From the NCBI GenBank assembly GCA_050575255.1, contig JBNZDD010013714.1, positions 8,183,681 through 8,247,680 of the forward strand: DNA of 64,000 bases, given 5' to 3'. Position numbers and translations under genes: made by a program. Shown in pieces: positions 35,394-48,545 of the stretch. This DNA is from Harriotta raleighana (Eukaryota). Under the pieces are notes generated by a model. It was given only the letters and a program-made list of their open reading frames with translations. It searched no databases and was not told where the DNA came from. Positions within the stretch are counted from its first letter, which is position 1; the number at the start of each line of letters is the position of its first letter.

Positions 35394-38300
35394 GGGTTAT
35401 GGAAAGCAAAACGTCCAAATCAGTCCCAATTAACTCAAATAGGATTACTTTCCCAGTGTTGTGTGCACATACATGGAGCTGTGTGTAGTTCAAAGTTTAC
35501 AGTAAACTCTGTTTCCTTATGTGTAACAAAATTACACTTGAGGATGCCTTTCACGTTGGGAGGAGTTCCAAGGCGCTGAACAGTTGGGTGTCGAGATCTG
35601 AGCATGTGGCGGTTGGGGGTGGGGGGACAAGATTGCTGGCGGAGCCTGCTGACTGGAGGGAGCGGACAGTTTGATAGAGGGTTAGCTGGTCAGAGAGGTT
35701 GGAGGAGGCAAGGCCATGGAGGGCCTTGAAAGTGAGGATGAGGATTTAGAATTTTCTCCTGTGAGGGATGGGGAGCAGTGGAGCCAGGTGAAGATGGGGG
35801 TGATTGAGGTCACGGAGCCTGGTACGGGAGAGAACACAAGCTGCAGAGTTTTGGATGATCTGCCGCTTGTGGAGGGAAGAGTTGGGGAGGCTGACAAGGA
35901 GAGAGTTTCTGTAGTAATACAGCGGATTATGTCAGTGCAGCCATCAGAATACAGGAATTTGAATGTTCATTGGGTAGGTTTCTTCCCCATTGATATAGAA
36001 TATGGTTCCCCAGAGCGTAAGTGTGGATATTTGATTCTAAATCTTCTCTGGAACTCTCTGCTTCAATCCCTCTGCTTCAATTTCTCTTTTTGTAATCTAA
36101 ATCCCGCCTAAAAACCTATTTCTTTGAATACTCGCCACCTCCCCAGCTTTTTGGCTCAGCATCCAACTCCACCAATATAAAGCACTCCAAGATGTTATCT
36201 TCATGTGAAATGTAACTCATTGTTGTTTTACCTTTTATTGCATGTTTTTATGAATTGTATTAGATTTTAGGAACTCGGGGATCTCATCATCAAGCTGCAA
36301 ACAAAGAAATTTAATGAAGGAGATTCTTTGCAGTACTTTATTCAATATAGCCTTTAATTTTGAAGCTGTTTTTCTGTAAGACCTTCCAGAAGAAAACAAT
36401 CTTTGAAGTTGAAACCAAATTTCAAAATTTGCCAAATTCTGTACTGAATATATAGAGTAAATATAGACCCAAGTGAAATTTTACCTCATGTATTTATAGG
36501 GGAACAGTTGTTTGAGTTGAAAGTATTTAATTTTTTCCTTGAAGGTTCACTTATCTCCTCCTCAGTTCAATACCTTATGCCCATGGAGTGGAAGTGGGTA
36601 ATACAGGCATTTGCACAAGGGAATTGGATCATGTTTTACAGTGAAGCGGATTATCTGGGTTGTAAGTGAGATCAGCAGAGATGATATTTGAAAATGCCAC
36701 TGAACAGATGGATTGAGGTGGTCTTTTCCAGTCTTACACATTATATCTTACCTAGCACTGACAAAGTGCTGCTTTTATGCTAGTTTCCCAATGAGTTGAA
36801 AACAAAGTGGTCAAAAGTCATGGAAGCTTTTGGAGGTAGGAGCCAGAGTAACAAATTAACCCAAATAAGGCTTAACAAATGAGTGTTGTGATGATTCAGG
36901 TGCCTTAAGAGTTATTTTGATCAACATTTTCAGTATAATTTTCTTTAAGTGGAACAGAAAAGTTATCTTCCTTCATTACTCAAAGTTGCAGTTGTTTGAT
37001 ATGGGCAATAAGCTGATAAACTGCTCAACAGGGTCCAGTGGTTCAGGCATCTCACCAGGAAATTTGCATCACGTAAAAGCAGACACAAAGCCCCATTGGT
37101 TGATTTTCTCTACTAACCTCTTCAAGCTTTCTCCCCAGTTATTAGCAATCCAGCTGTTCTTGATACGTGAAGAAAAGAGGGAGGGAAAGTAAAACCGTCC
37201 ATATGTTATGCAACCGGCTTCACCATTGCACAGTTAAAATAATTATCATTGAATTATCAGCACTCTTAAGATGCCCGACCACAATCTTAACAGATAACTG
37301 ACCATCCTAAATTGTAATAACANGGGTTATGGAAAGCAAAACGTCCAAATCAGTCCCAATTAACTCAAATAGGATTACTTTCCCAGTGTTGTGTGCACAT
37401 ACATGGAGCTGTGTGTAGTTCAAAGTTTACAGTAAACTCTGTTTCCTTATGTGTAACAAAATTACACTTGAGGATGCCTTTCACGTTGGGAGGAGTTCCA
37501 AGGCGCTGAACAGTTGGGTGTCGAGATCTGAGCATGTGGCGGTTGGGGGTGGGGGGACAAGATTGCTGGCGGAGCCTGCTGACTGGAGGGAGCGGACAGT
37601 TTGATAGAGGGTTAGCTGGTCAGAGAGGTTGGAGGAGGCAAGGCCATGGAGGGCCTTGAAAGTGAGGATGAGGATTTAGAATTTTCTCCTGTGAGGGATG
37701 GGGAGCAGTGGAGCCAGGTGAAGATGGGGGTGATTGAGGTCACGGAGCCTGGTACGGGAGAGAACACAAGCTGCAGAGTTTTGGATGATCTGCCGCTTGT
37801 GGAGGGAAGAGTTGGGGAGGCTGACAAGGAGAGAGTTTCTGTAGTAATACAGCGGATTATGTCAGTGCAGCCATCAGAATACAGGAATTTGAATGTTCAT
37901 TGGGTAGGTTTCTTCCCCATTGATATAGAATATGGTTCCCCAGAGCGTAAGTGTGGATATTTGATTCTAAATCTTCTCTGGAACTCTCTGCTTCAATCCC
38001 TCTGCCTCAATTTCTCTTTTTGTAATCTAAATCCCGCCTAAAAACCTATTTCTTTGAATACTCGCCACCTCCCCAGCTTTTTGGCTCAGCATCCAACTCC
38101 ACCAATATAAAGCACTCCAAGATGTTATCTTCATGTGAAATGTAACTCATTGTTGTTTTACCTTTTATTGCATGTTTTTATGAATTGTATTAGATTTTAG
38201 GAACTCGGGGATCTCATCATCAAGCTGCAAACAAAGAAATGTAATGAAGGAGATTCTTTGCAGTACTTTATTCAATATAGCCTTTAATTTTGAAGCTGTT

Positions 38301-39251
38301 TTTCTGTAAGACCTTCCACAGAAAACAATCTTTGAAGTTGAAACCAAATTTCAAAATTTGCCAAATTCTGTACTGAATATATAGAGTAAATATAGACCCA
38401 AGTGAAATTTTACCTCATGTATTTATAGGGGAACAGTTGTTTGAGTTGAAAGTATTTAATTTTTTCCTTGAAGGTTCACTTATCTCCTCCTCAGTTCAAT
38501 ACCTTATGCCCATGGAGTGGAAGTGGGTAATACAGGCATTTGCACAAGGGAATTGGATCATGTTTTACAGTGAAGCGGATTATCTGGGTTGTAAGTGAGA
38601 TCAGCAGAGATGATATTTGAAAATGCCACTGAACAGATGGATTGAGGTGGTCTTTTCCAGTCTTACACATTATATCTTACCTAGCACTGACAAAGTGCTG
38701 CTTTTATGCTAGTTTCCCAATGAGTTGAAAACAAAGTGGTCAAAAGTCATGGAAGCTTTTGGAGGTAGGAGCCAGAGTAACAAATTAACCCAAATAAGGC
38801 TTAACAAATGAGTGTTGTGATGATTCAGGTGCCTTAAGAGTTATTTTGATCAACATTTTCAGTATAATTTTCTTTAAGTGGAACAGAAAAGTTATCTTCC
38901 TTCATTACTCAAAGTTGCAGTTGTTTGATATGGGCAATAAGCTGATAAACTGCTCAACAGGGTCCAGTGGTTCAGGCATCTCACCAGGAAATTTGCATCA
39001 CGTAAAAGCAGACACAAAGCCCCATTGGTTGATTTTCTCTACTAACCTCTTCAAGCTTTCTCCCCAGTTATTAGCAATCCAGCTGTTCTTGATACGTGAA
39101 GAAAAGAGGGAGGGAAAGTAAAACCGTCCATATGTTATGCAACCGGCTTCACCATTGCACAGTTAAAATAATTATCATTGAATTATCAGCACTCTTAAGA
39201 TGCCCGACCACAATCTTAACAGATAACTGACCATCCTAAATTGTAATAACA
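35394..39251. repeat. About 1.93-kb tandem duplication across a single N (probable false haplotype duplication)
   Basis: 35394-37322 is repeated at 37324-39251; N at 37323. At least three differences seen (36076 T / 38006 C; 36311 T / 38241 G; GA vs C near 36389 / 38319). Confidence 0.9.
35525..35905 (-). mobile_element. L2 LINE 3' fragment (repeated at 37455-37835 by the assembly duplication)
   Basis: Tail GCCTTTCACGTTGGGAGGAGTTCCAAGGCGCT; minus-strand L2 ORF2 remnants (QIIQNSAACVL, ITPIFTWLH, KILILTFKALHGLA). Confidence 0.8.
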
Positions 39252-41643
39252 GCTTCATAAGGAGAACTTACTGAACAAATAAATGGTGGAAGGTGGTGGG
39301 GGCGGGAGGGGGGAGGCGTGGAAGTAGTCAATAATGAATACCAAAGCATGTAAATGCACGTTTTGTTATTCATCCCAAATATCTATTACATTTGAAGTCA
39401 TTTACTTAAACCTGTAATTCTAGAAAGAACAGCTGTGAAAGAGCACCATAGTTACTGTCAGTGATTACGCTTGTTGCTATGCGCTGCTCTACAGGCGTCA
39501 ACAGTGCCCCATGACATCAACCATGACACAGTTGACCACTGAAATAAATGAAAGAGAAGAAGCTTTACGTTAGCAAAATCTTGTCCGTTTATAACTTGTT
39601 GGATTGACTTGATACGCAGGCGGTTGTCAAATAAGCCTCCGATTATTATCTTATATTTTTAGCTTCTCTTATTTGGCTTCCCATTTTGGTGAATCAATGG
39701 TTTAATTTTTTTTAAAATAGTTTCTGTTGCTAAAAAACAGTTCACACACTGCCTTTACACAGTTTCTGTGTACAGCCAAATTAATTCGTAATAAATTTGC
39801 AAATATTAGGGAAATCCTGCAAAAGTAACATTAGATCTTATTCATTGAAACCCATGTCTTGATTTTCATTGTTAATATCTATTGGTCCAGCATTTCTTGG
39901 AAGAGTTTGGCTGTTTGATAGTCTGCTTTAAGATTTCCTTAAGACTGCAATCTTTTATTCTCTGTGAGAAATTAATTGCTAGAAGCAGTGATTAGAATTT
40001 TTCAAGTTTTGAAGCAGTGCATAAGTCTGGCCACATTCCAGCACATACAGAGAATATGCCCCAGTGTCTTTATTTAAAAAAACATTCTTTCCTGGCTGTG
40101 TTAAAAACACACAGAAATTAAATAGTCTGATATACCCAATTATCAGGGTTCATGAAGGACAAAATGTGAGATTTACAAGAACTTTGTTATTTGTAGTCGC
40201 CTGAGTTTATGAATCACTCACTGATTTTCAAAGCATTTGTTTCCTCTAAAATATGACTGTTGTACTTCCAATAACTGTTGTAAATATGATCGTTACGGCC
40301 CTGAAGTCAGACATTTCTTCTGTTCTTAGGCTTCGGACCACTGTCTTTAACTTTAAGATCACAGGGAATTTGAATAACGGTTAAGCATTGCCTTGATTCG
40401 GAAGCCTATTTTCTAGATTAATGCTGAATTGAAGACTCTTTCCCAAAGCAACTGCAGAATCCTGAATGTTGAAAGAATGGTCTTAAGGCAAACATTTAGA
40501 CTTCCTAAGTGAGCACTGCAGGCAGTGATACTCTGCTCAGTGGTTAAAAATAGACACAAAGCCCATTTTTCGGCATGAGTTATTTGAGAACTTCAATAGC
40601 ATGGCAATGTGGCTAAACCTTTGTACTTTGGGTGAGACAAATGCTCCGCTTGCAGTCCATGGGGAGGCAGCTTTGATTAGGTTCCTAAACTTAAAGGAGT
40701 CAACTGATCATGGTAACAGTGACAGAGTACAAATACTGCTCTGAAGTATGGATTCTTGGGAGTAATGGAGCAAAGGCAAAGAGGTTGTCTCTTAAATTAC
40801 AGAAGGACAAATAAACCCCACAACAACTTCTTGCAAGAGGCTGAGGATAACAACAATCTCAGCAATTGAATTCTGATTGCCATAAACAAAAAAAAGACAG
40901 ATGATTTGATTTGGTATCATGATGTCCCTTTTCTGTGTGTTACAGTATGAACTCGTTCCAAATTATTTTTTGAACGAGCACTCCACATTGTGGACTTTCT
41001 CTTGTGGGTTAAGATTGCAATGATGTGTTAAGTGATGCGAGCTGACCGTGAAGATATGTAAAGGACTGTACATTCAGCAGGGTGCCACAGCAAGAATGCA
41101 TAGGTGCCAGGCGAACACTGATTCAAAAGGGAGCTCATGATATTTTTAGCCATTTAAGCTATGGATAGAATCTGGTCCTGCATTTGTTATAACACCAGCC
41201 CTGCTGGTGACAATACAAGTAATCTTTCACAGCATATTGCAAACACATTTATTCCACTTGGAGTATTATGGAAGCATGTGTGAACCGTAATCCTGGTGAT
41301 GTTATGGCACGCTTTCAATCCGCTGCTGGCATTTTGGCACCAGAATACAATGAAGGAGGGAGTGAATAAACCACAGAACCTGCAGATAGTTAAACTGGAC
41401 CACTCTACAACTTCAAATTCCCCAAGGCAACTCACCATTTCTTTTGTAGGACACATGGGACACAGCATCTGCACAGTGCTTTGGAATGCCATTTGCTGGC
41501 TGGAGACAGAGGTGACAAACCAGCTCCATAGCTTTGGCCAATTTTACAGTGGCCCTTGGGTCCACCACGAGGCTCATGTCTCAGCAAAGAAATGATAGAA
41601 GAGAATTGCAGAGCTGAAGATGTCACATTAATTGGGTGCATGC

Positions 41644-41820
41644 ATAATAATAATCCTTGTGTTGGGACATCCTCCCAACAAGAAAGGTGCCACACAAATA
41701 TAATTTTGTTATCATTGTTGTTGTATTTGTTATAGCACCTTATCATGCCTTTCAGATGTCTCAAAGCGCTTCACAGAATACACTGTAAAGTGAATTGATT
41801 GTGTATTTTGTGGGCAAAAC
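41644..41820 (-). mobile_element. SINE 3' part interrupted by an oppositely oriented L2 tail
   Basis: ATAATAATCCTTG | insert 41660-41723 (TTGGGACATCCTCCCAAC...TTGTTGTTG) | TATTTGTTATAGCACCTTATCA...CTCAAAGCGCTTCACAGAATACACTGTAAAGTGAATTG. Confidence 0.75.
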
Positions 41821-43859
41821 ATGTGTTAGTTAGATGAAATTCTGGTCGGCATTCAATGTGCCGAGATTGATGCTGTTTGCCCCCCCCCTTCTAATCGCAA
41901 AGTCGCTGGAAGGAAAGCTGACTGGAATTCCGGTCTCTGGTCTGTCCTCCGCCAACCCGAACTGAAACCCTACCCTTTTGCTCCGACCACCACCTCACAG
42001 TGTTCTGCTGAAAACACCCAGCTCTTTCAACACACTTACAGGATACTCCTGGCTGGACATAACTTACAGTAATGGAGTAATGATACTCTTGAGGTTAAGC
42101 ATACCATGAAATTACAGGAAACTTTATTTACACATCAAAATGTTGAAGATTTTACATTGTACATTCTCGCTGTATGAATTTGGAGCTGATCAACCTCATA
42201 CAAACTTACAGCATGGTGCCCCGCGTGATTTCAGATATGCAACATTTCGGAGATTGTCTTTTAAAAATGCATTAGCCTTCGGAAACATAAGGGCACATTC
42301 CAGTAAAAAAAAAAAGAGGACTTGAGGGGAACCTTTGACCACACGTCCAGCTTTTCCTGAATTGTAACATGTACTGAATTTGAAAATGATGATCTTGGGA
42401 ATAAACACTTACACCTCGCTCTATTAGAGCAGCAAGGAGAACTCTGCCTTGACGTTGTGACATTGGATCGTGTTTCAAAAGCTGGCCAGTGCACGGAGCG
42501 GGTGCTCTAGAGAGGATGGACATTGTCAAGTTGGTGCCCTATGAGCTGAGGAGGTTTATCTAGGCCTGCTCCATGACACTTGGAATCATACCAACAATAA
42601 GCACAGTGAAATCAAAGCAGAGATGTACAACCCACATTGATTAAAATACCTTCTCAGATGCAGAATATTTGGGCAATTTCTCTTTAAAGGCTGCTTTAAT
42701 GAGTTTCCTGAAATGATTTGAACCCCACCCCCCAAACATCGCCACCTCCACCCCCCCACAATGGTTTCAAGCCATTGGCTGAAGTACAATCTTTGTCCAC
42801 AATTGGAGGTTTAAAATCCTTTTTGTTCTTCTACTTCTTCTTCAGAGTTTGTTTCCATGCGTTTATGTTTATCACTTTGCGTTTTTTGTTTCCAAATATA
42901 AGGTTAGATTTGAAACTAACATCATAATTAAACGATATACCTGGTAGTTTAGGAGGTTGATTTCAGAAGCACCATTTATCCCACAATAATTATGGGAAGA
43001 ATTCTTCCATGACATTTTGTAATATTTAATTAAGCTAATTATAGGCATTCAAGACATCATTTGTTTATAAACCAGTCATTAAAAACCTGAAGAATTTTGG
43101 AAGGACAGTTTAAATTCAGACTTATTAGCCTTGGCCCTATAGGTTGTTTATAATGCCTTAGAAGAAATCAGTGTTTACAGTTTGGGATGTTAACTGACTT
43201 GTTTATAGAAGACATTCAGATTTGCGTTTGTGTAAATGTCTTAAAATACTGGACATGACCGATTATGATTGAAATGATAGCATAAATTCTCTTCTGAAAC
43301 CAAGCGTAAATAATAGCATAAATTATACTTCTGAAGGAACGCAACCAAAATTGTAAGAATAAAGTGTTATAGGAACATAGTAATGATAGACATTCAGGCC
43401 ACTGAGCTTTTTTTTTTATTAGTTGATGGCACATCTTTTAATCTAATTTCCCAGCCTTTTCTCCACACTCCTTGATAACCTTTCCTGCTAAAGTTGATGT
43501 TTCTAAAACAGTCAATTGAGTGCCAAAAAGAACAATCAGCGCACAAACAGAGATGTGGACAAAGCTCACTGGAAGATGGGAGGAGATCCTGGAGGTACAT
43601 TTGCATCCAGTAGGGTTTTTGGAGGGAGGTCAGCCATTCAGTTTGGTGTTCAGGATCTACTGCATACCGTACACAGTACTGTATAAGCATTAGTTCAAAA
43701 AAGCTATTCAGATAGAGCAGTGTTAACAATTGTGGAAAGCAAGGTAATCAGTGCAAAATGGAAAATATGCAAATTACAGTGAAGGTTTGGGACTGGAAAA
43801 GATCATTGCAAGCTATCTCAACAATCCCAAAGCTCCAAAAAAAAGAGTGCTACACTACT

Positions 43860-44310
43860 CCATCTCTCATCCCTCTCAGTTGATTTCTTCGCCAAATAGC
43901 TATCTAATTCCCTATTGAATTTGCTGACACAATCTGCCTCTGCTGTCTCCATTCCACACATTCACCACTCTCTGTGTAAAGTAATTAAATCTGAACTGTC
44001 TGTTCAACTTCTCTCTTCTGAGCTTGAGTCCATGTCCCCTTGCACATTTCTCGACCACGTTAAACATTATTAGGGTTCATTTTAGCTCTACCTTTTAAGA
44101 GCTTGAATATTTCAAAATCTCCCCTGAGCCTTCTCCTCTCAGAACAAGCATTCCTAGCTTTCATAGCCTTTCCTTGCAACTCAGGTGGCTAATTCAAGCT
44201 ATCAATTTTGTTGTCCTTTGCCGTGCTTTCTCCAATGCCAAGATGTCCTTCTTGCAATACAGCAACAAGAATTGTATACAGCACTCTTAATGGGACAAAC
44301 ATTCACAATC
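43860..44310 (-). mobile_element. Old CR1 LINE 3' fragment
   Basis: Motifs ATTCCACACATTCACCACTCTCTGTGTAAAG, TCTCCCCTGAGCCTTCTC and TTTCTCCAATGCCAAGATGTCCTTCTTG parallel the CR1 at 8029-9260 (FTQRVVNVWN, RRLRGD, KDILALEK on the minus strand). Confidence 0.7.
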
Positions 44311-44734
44311 ACTTTCTGAGAATAATGCTCTGTCCATTGAACAAATCATCTAAAGATCTTGTTTATTGTCTTCACTTTGCTGATGTTTGTTGGAGATCGA
44401 TCAACAGTTCTCAAAAATTCCCTCTCCTATGTGTTTTTTATCTGTTATTCCCACCATTTATTCTCTTCCCAAATCTTATCATCTGGCATTTGCTCACTTT
44501 AATGACATTAAACCATTTGTCAGACCTTAATCTATCCATATCTGGCCGGACTCTTCTCATTTATACTGCGCCAAACAGTGTCACAGACAGGGAATGTTCC
44601 CCCCCGCCCTCATTGTGAGTAACAATTCTATTATCAGCTTTAATTTATTTCAAGTTGAGAAAGCATCGTTCAGCCACTTCAGTGTGAATGCCATCATGGT
44701 GAAAATAAAAGACTTTCACCTCTTTCAACCTTTG

Positions 44735-44885
44735 ATTTGGATGTATAATTGAAAAAGACTAATATAAAATCTACGGGGAAAGAGCAGGGAATTGAGACTA
44801 AATGGAAGGGTTTTTTTTTCCCAGAGAAGCAGCACAGACATGATGGGACAAATGGCTTTTGTCTGTGCTGCACGATTCTTCGATG
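44735..44885 (+). mobile_element. CR1 3' UTR fragment
   Basis: TACGGGGAAAGAGCAGGG...GCACAGACATGATGGGACAAATGGC...TGTGCTGCACGATTCT resembles the reverse complement of 8029-8150. Similar remnants lie near 24960-25020, 48610-48770 and (minus) 52060-52210. Confidence 0.55.
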
Positions 44886-47044
44886 TGAAGATTTGAATGC
44901 ATTTTCAATGTATTCTAATTATGAACATCCTCTAGAAACAATCCAATTATGACTGTTCTACACCTTCTGGGCTCTGCTTTCAAATCATGCAATTCGTTCC
45001 AACGTCAGCATCAGCTTTTATTAATATATTTCACACTGAATTTTGAAGAACTTCCCCAAACAGGCTAGGTGTAAATATTTCTGTACTGTACATCAGTACA
45101 ATATTGCATTTAGCTTCATTGTCTCCATTGCTCAATATTAGAGAACTCTTTCTATTACAGGCACAACATCACTGTCCCTTTGGCGTGTCATCCCTGAGAC
45201 CTGTACAGCTGTTTCTTCGCTCTAAATGGCAGATTAATTAACAGAATCAGAGGCAGTTGGCATCCGTTCAACACATAGTTTAGGTCTACACTAGGTAGAT
45301 GCTATTAATGGGGCCAATAAATATTACCTACTAAAGCTTTAATTGCAGCAATGGTCTTTGATATGCATGCAGACCTTAAATCAGGATGAGAATGTTGCAG
45401 ATGCCGTTTGGTCCATTGACTGCAATTCCAATAAAATATTGGGGTCAATAACCAGTGATGTTTCAGGCTTCTTTTCTCTTTCCAAAAGCAGTGTAGAGAA
45501 TACTGGAGGCTGATTTAAGATAATTTTTGAAATAACAGCGCATTATGTGATCCATTGTACAAATCTTGGAATTTGGGGATGAGAGGAATGAATCGCTTCA
45601 AATGTTCACCAAACTGCTTTTAATATTCGGTCCATGGGTCTGAGGAGTCTCCGATTGGCGTTTTTTTTTTACCTGATTCTATCACTTGAAGCATTCAGAA
45701 TAGCAGTGATCTGGGCTCCAGTTTATCCAAATCCCACATCACCAGTCTTGCTATGGTTGGGAGATATGAGGGCTTGTGCCATGGTGCCAGCTGACTAGGT
45801 CAATTTGTTTCCACCGTCACACGTTCTGCCATAGTGTGAGGTTCCATCTAGGCATCTATCCATTAACTACTAAACCATACTCTCACAAAAAGGCGCATCA
45901 CTGGATCAACAACTTTTTATGGAGGTAGTGGGCCAGATCCTGTATTATTGGGTCACTTCCATATATGAGAATCCAACAGTAATAGATTTTCCACCAGCAC
46001 TTTTCGACTCCACTCTCTTTACAGTGCTGACTGGAAAGGAACCCAGGTGGGAAGGGAAGGTGTTTGAAAGAGCAGTATGAAAATATAGGTCTTAAGGTGG
46101 GTTTTTGCTGGTAGGGATGAAGGGGGTAAGAAGGTCTCCGGGATGGAGTTCCCGAGAGTGGGGTCAGAGTGGCTTGAAGCTCACCCATCAGTGATAGGCT
46201 AGATCAGGTGGAGATTTAAAGCAGAACCATCTCCAGAATGAATGCCCAATGCAAGTGATTTGATTCAAGCTGAGCTCAGACGACGATTGCTTAAAAAATC
46301 CTTGGGTGGTCAAATGGACCACCCAAGAACTTTGAACAGACTATTATTTAATGTTTCAAAATAACCACCCGTTAGTGGAACTGTATAGTCTTGCACTTGG
46401 GTGTTGTGCCTGCGCAGAACACTCCTCAGCCACCAGCCAAATTCATTTGGAAAAGCAAATATAAATCAGGCTTCCAACTCCCCATCATTTTACTGCTGCA
46501 TGTGATATTGCTTCAATTCCAGGAGTACTCTATATACACTGGGCACCAGTCCACATGCTGCTTTTTCTGACGAGAGTACTGTACAGTGGAGTGGGAAGCT
46601 TGTGAGCGCTGTCTGCATGACAGCAAAACGCAGTGATAATCTTAAACAATGACACCTACAGGATAACAATACAGAGAGACGCCACTACAGTGTGGGCTCA
46701 AGACAAATTTCTCGAAGCTGGTTTTAATCAATTAAATATCAGGAAGCAAACGCATTCCTAAAAATTCCTCATTGTTTGGCATAGCATAAGCGTCTCTAAA
46801 TTATTTCATACAACTTTACACCAGAGGCTTGTATCCCTTATGCCATTTCTACATTTCCATTACAGGCTGAAGTGCTTTCAGCGGGTGAAGGTTTAACTGG
46901 TTGTTTAAAAGCTCCATCAAACACTTTGTTCAGGATAGTCCTATGAAGTTTTTAGGGGTCTCTTAGATCATTGATTGCTTGCATTTTGGTCTTGGATTTT
47001 GTTGGAGGAATAAATTTCATCACCCAAGGCATTTATTTATTAAG

Positions 47045-47340
47045 AACAATGAAAACTTGTCCATGTGCTTTTCTAGTTGGAAATGTCTCGAAGCGCTTTA
47101 CAAAATAAGATTGATTAAAAATGAAATGAAAATTCTGTAGCAAACACAGCAGCTAATTTATGCCTCTGAACAATGAGATGAGTTGCCAATTAAATTGAAT
47201 AGAAGGTGAATTTGGATGAAATTGGGAGGGAATATAAACCAGAGAAACAAGTGAAAATCTCCATGTTCTTTTGAAATAGAGGAAAGGGGAAAATCCCTTA
47301 ACATCCACCTTAATCGCAAGACAGACTAAATAAATGACAT
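47045..47340 (-). mobile_element. Decayed Deu-type SINE
   Basis: AATGTCTCGAAGCGCTTTACAAAA, AAACACAGCAGCTAATT and TTAACATCCACCT motifs shared with 5588-5955. Confidence 0.5.
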
Positions 47341-48274
47341 GATTACACAGGGATCTTGGATTTCCAATTCCTCGGCTTGACTGTAATATTAGTGTTGATT
47401 TGATGTGGTTTCTGTGTTGAATCAACAGTGAATGTGAAGTAAAATTGCTGTCTACCTGGTTTTGATGCATTTTGGAGGAGTTCCGGGTGTTTACAGAAAT
47501 CATCCTGCCTGAAATGCAGTGTTAGGTAGAGCAATGGAAACAGCTTCATTCACTTTAGTCTCCCATGTCTAGTGGCAGAAGGATGCACACCTTATCTCCA
47601 CCAATCTCATGGCATGCAGTATAACTGGGCTAATATGGTTCTCAACTATTGGAACTCTTGACCACAGCGTAGTCCTTATTTTCCCCTCCATTATCACTAA
47701 GGCAGAATTTTAAGCAAACAAATGATAATTATTTATTTGACATAGAGAAGATTTATTTTACGATCATAAGTTCCTCCAGTACTGACTTATACGTTACGTG
47801 AGAACAGTTGAAATGTACTGATTAAATAGTGGTCTGGACTTTTCATCTTTTACAGTCAGAATAGTATGACTTACACAGGCCATCTGTCAACTGGAACACT
47901 GTCACACTGAACTCCCATGATAGGGATCCAGGTTTGAATTACACCCTTGACTGACATTTGACCTTAACTCTCCCCAGCATGGGTTTCATCAGATCTTGTT
48001 GAGCTTGCTGCCTGCAATACACTGAAAGACTGACCAACTCTGCAACAAGAAAAAAATAGGCAGGAATACTCACTATGCCTGGCAAAGCGCACTTATTGAT
48101 GGCTATTAGTTGAGAATCGCATCAGTTTGGAGAAACTATATCCTGGAGCACTTCATCTTCTTTGGGAAGTGGATGATCGCAAATTACTTACATTGCTGAT
48201 GAGGTGAAAACAGTTTTTGAAGAAGCGAAAACAATATAATTTTAGTGAAACGTTGATGCAACTAGATTAAAAAG

Positions 48275-48545
48275 AATAATCCTTGCGTTTGATATGTCAT
48301 TGAAACGCTTTGCAGGATTTACTGTAAAGTATTGTGACTTTACATTGAACTTGGCAACCAATTTGTTCACAGCAATATCCTACAAACAGTCATGAAGTAA
48401 ATGAATAATTTTATAAAGGAAACTATTCATCTGCAGGATGTTCGGAGAAACTCTCTTCTCTTTTCAACCTAGACCATGAGCTCAAAATCCCAATGAGGAG
48501 CTTGAACGCACTGACTTGGAGAAGAGACTGCTACCAACTGAACCA
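48275..48545 (-). mobile_element. Decayed Deu-type SINE (family A-like)
   Basis: AATAATCCTTGCGTTTGATAT tail, GCAACCAATTTGTTCACAGCAATATCCTACAAACAG core, head remnant TGCTACCAACTGAACCA. Confidence 0.6.

Noticed and set aside
35716-38041. Pairs of near-identical 131-aa, 91-aa and 71-aa ORFs suggesting a duplicated gene
   Set aside because: These are shadow frames of an L2 remnant or random ORFs, doubled by the N-joined assembly duplication.
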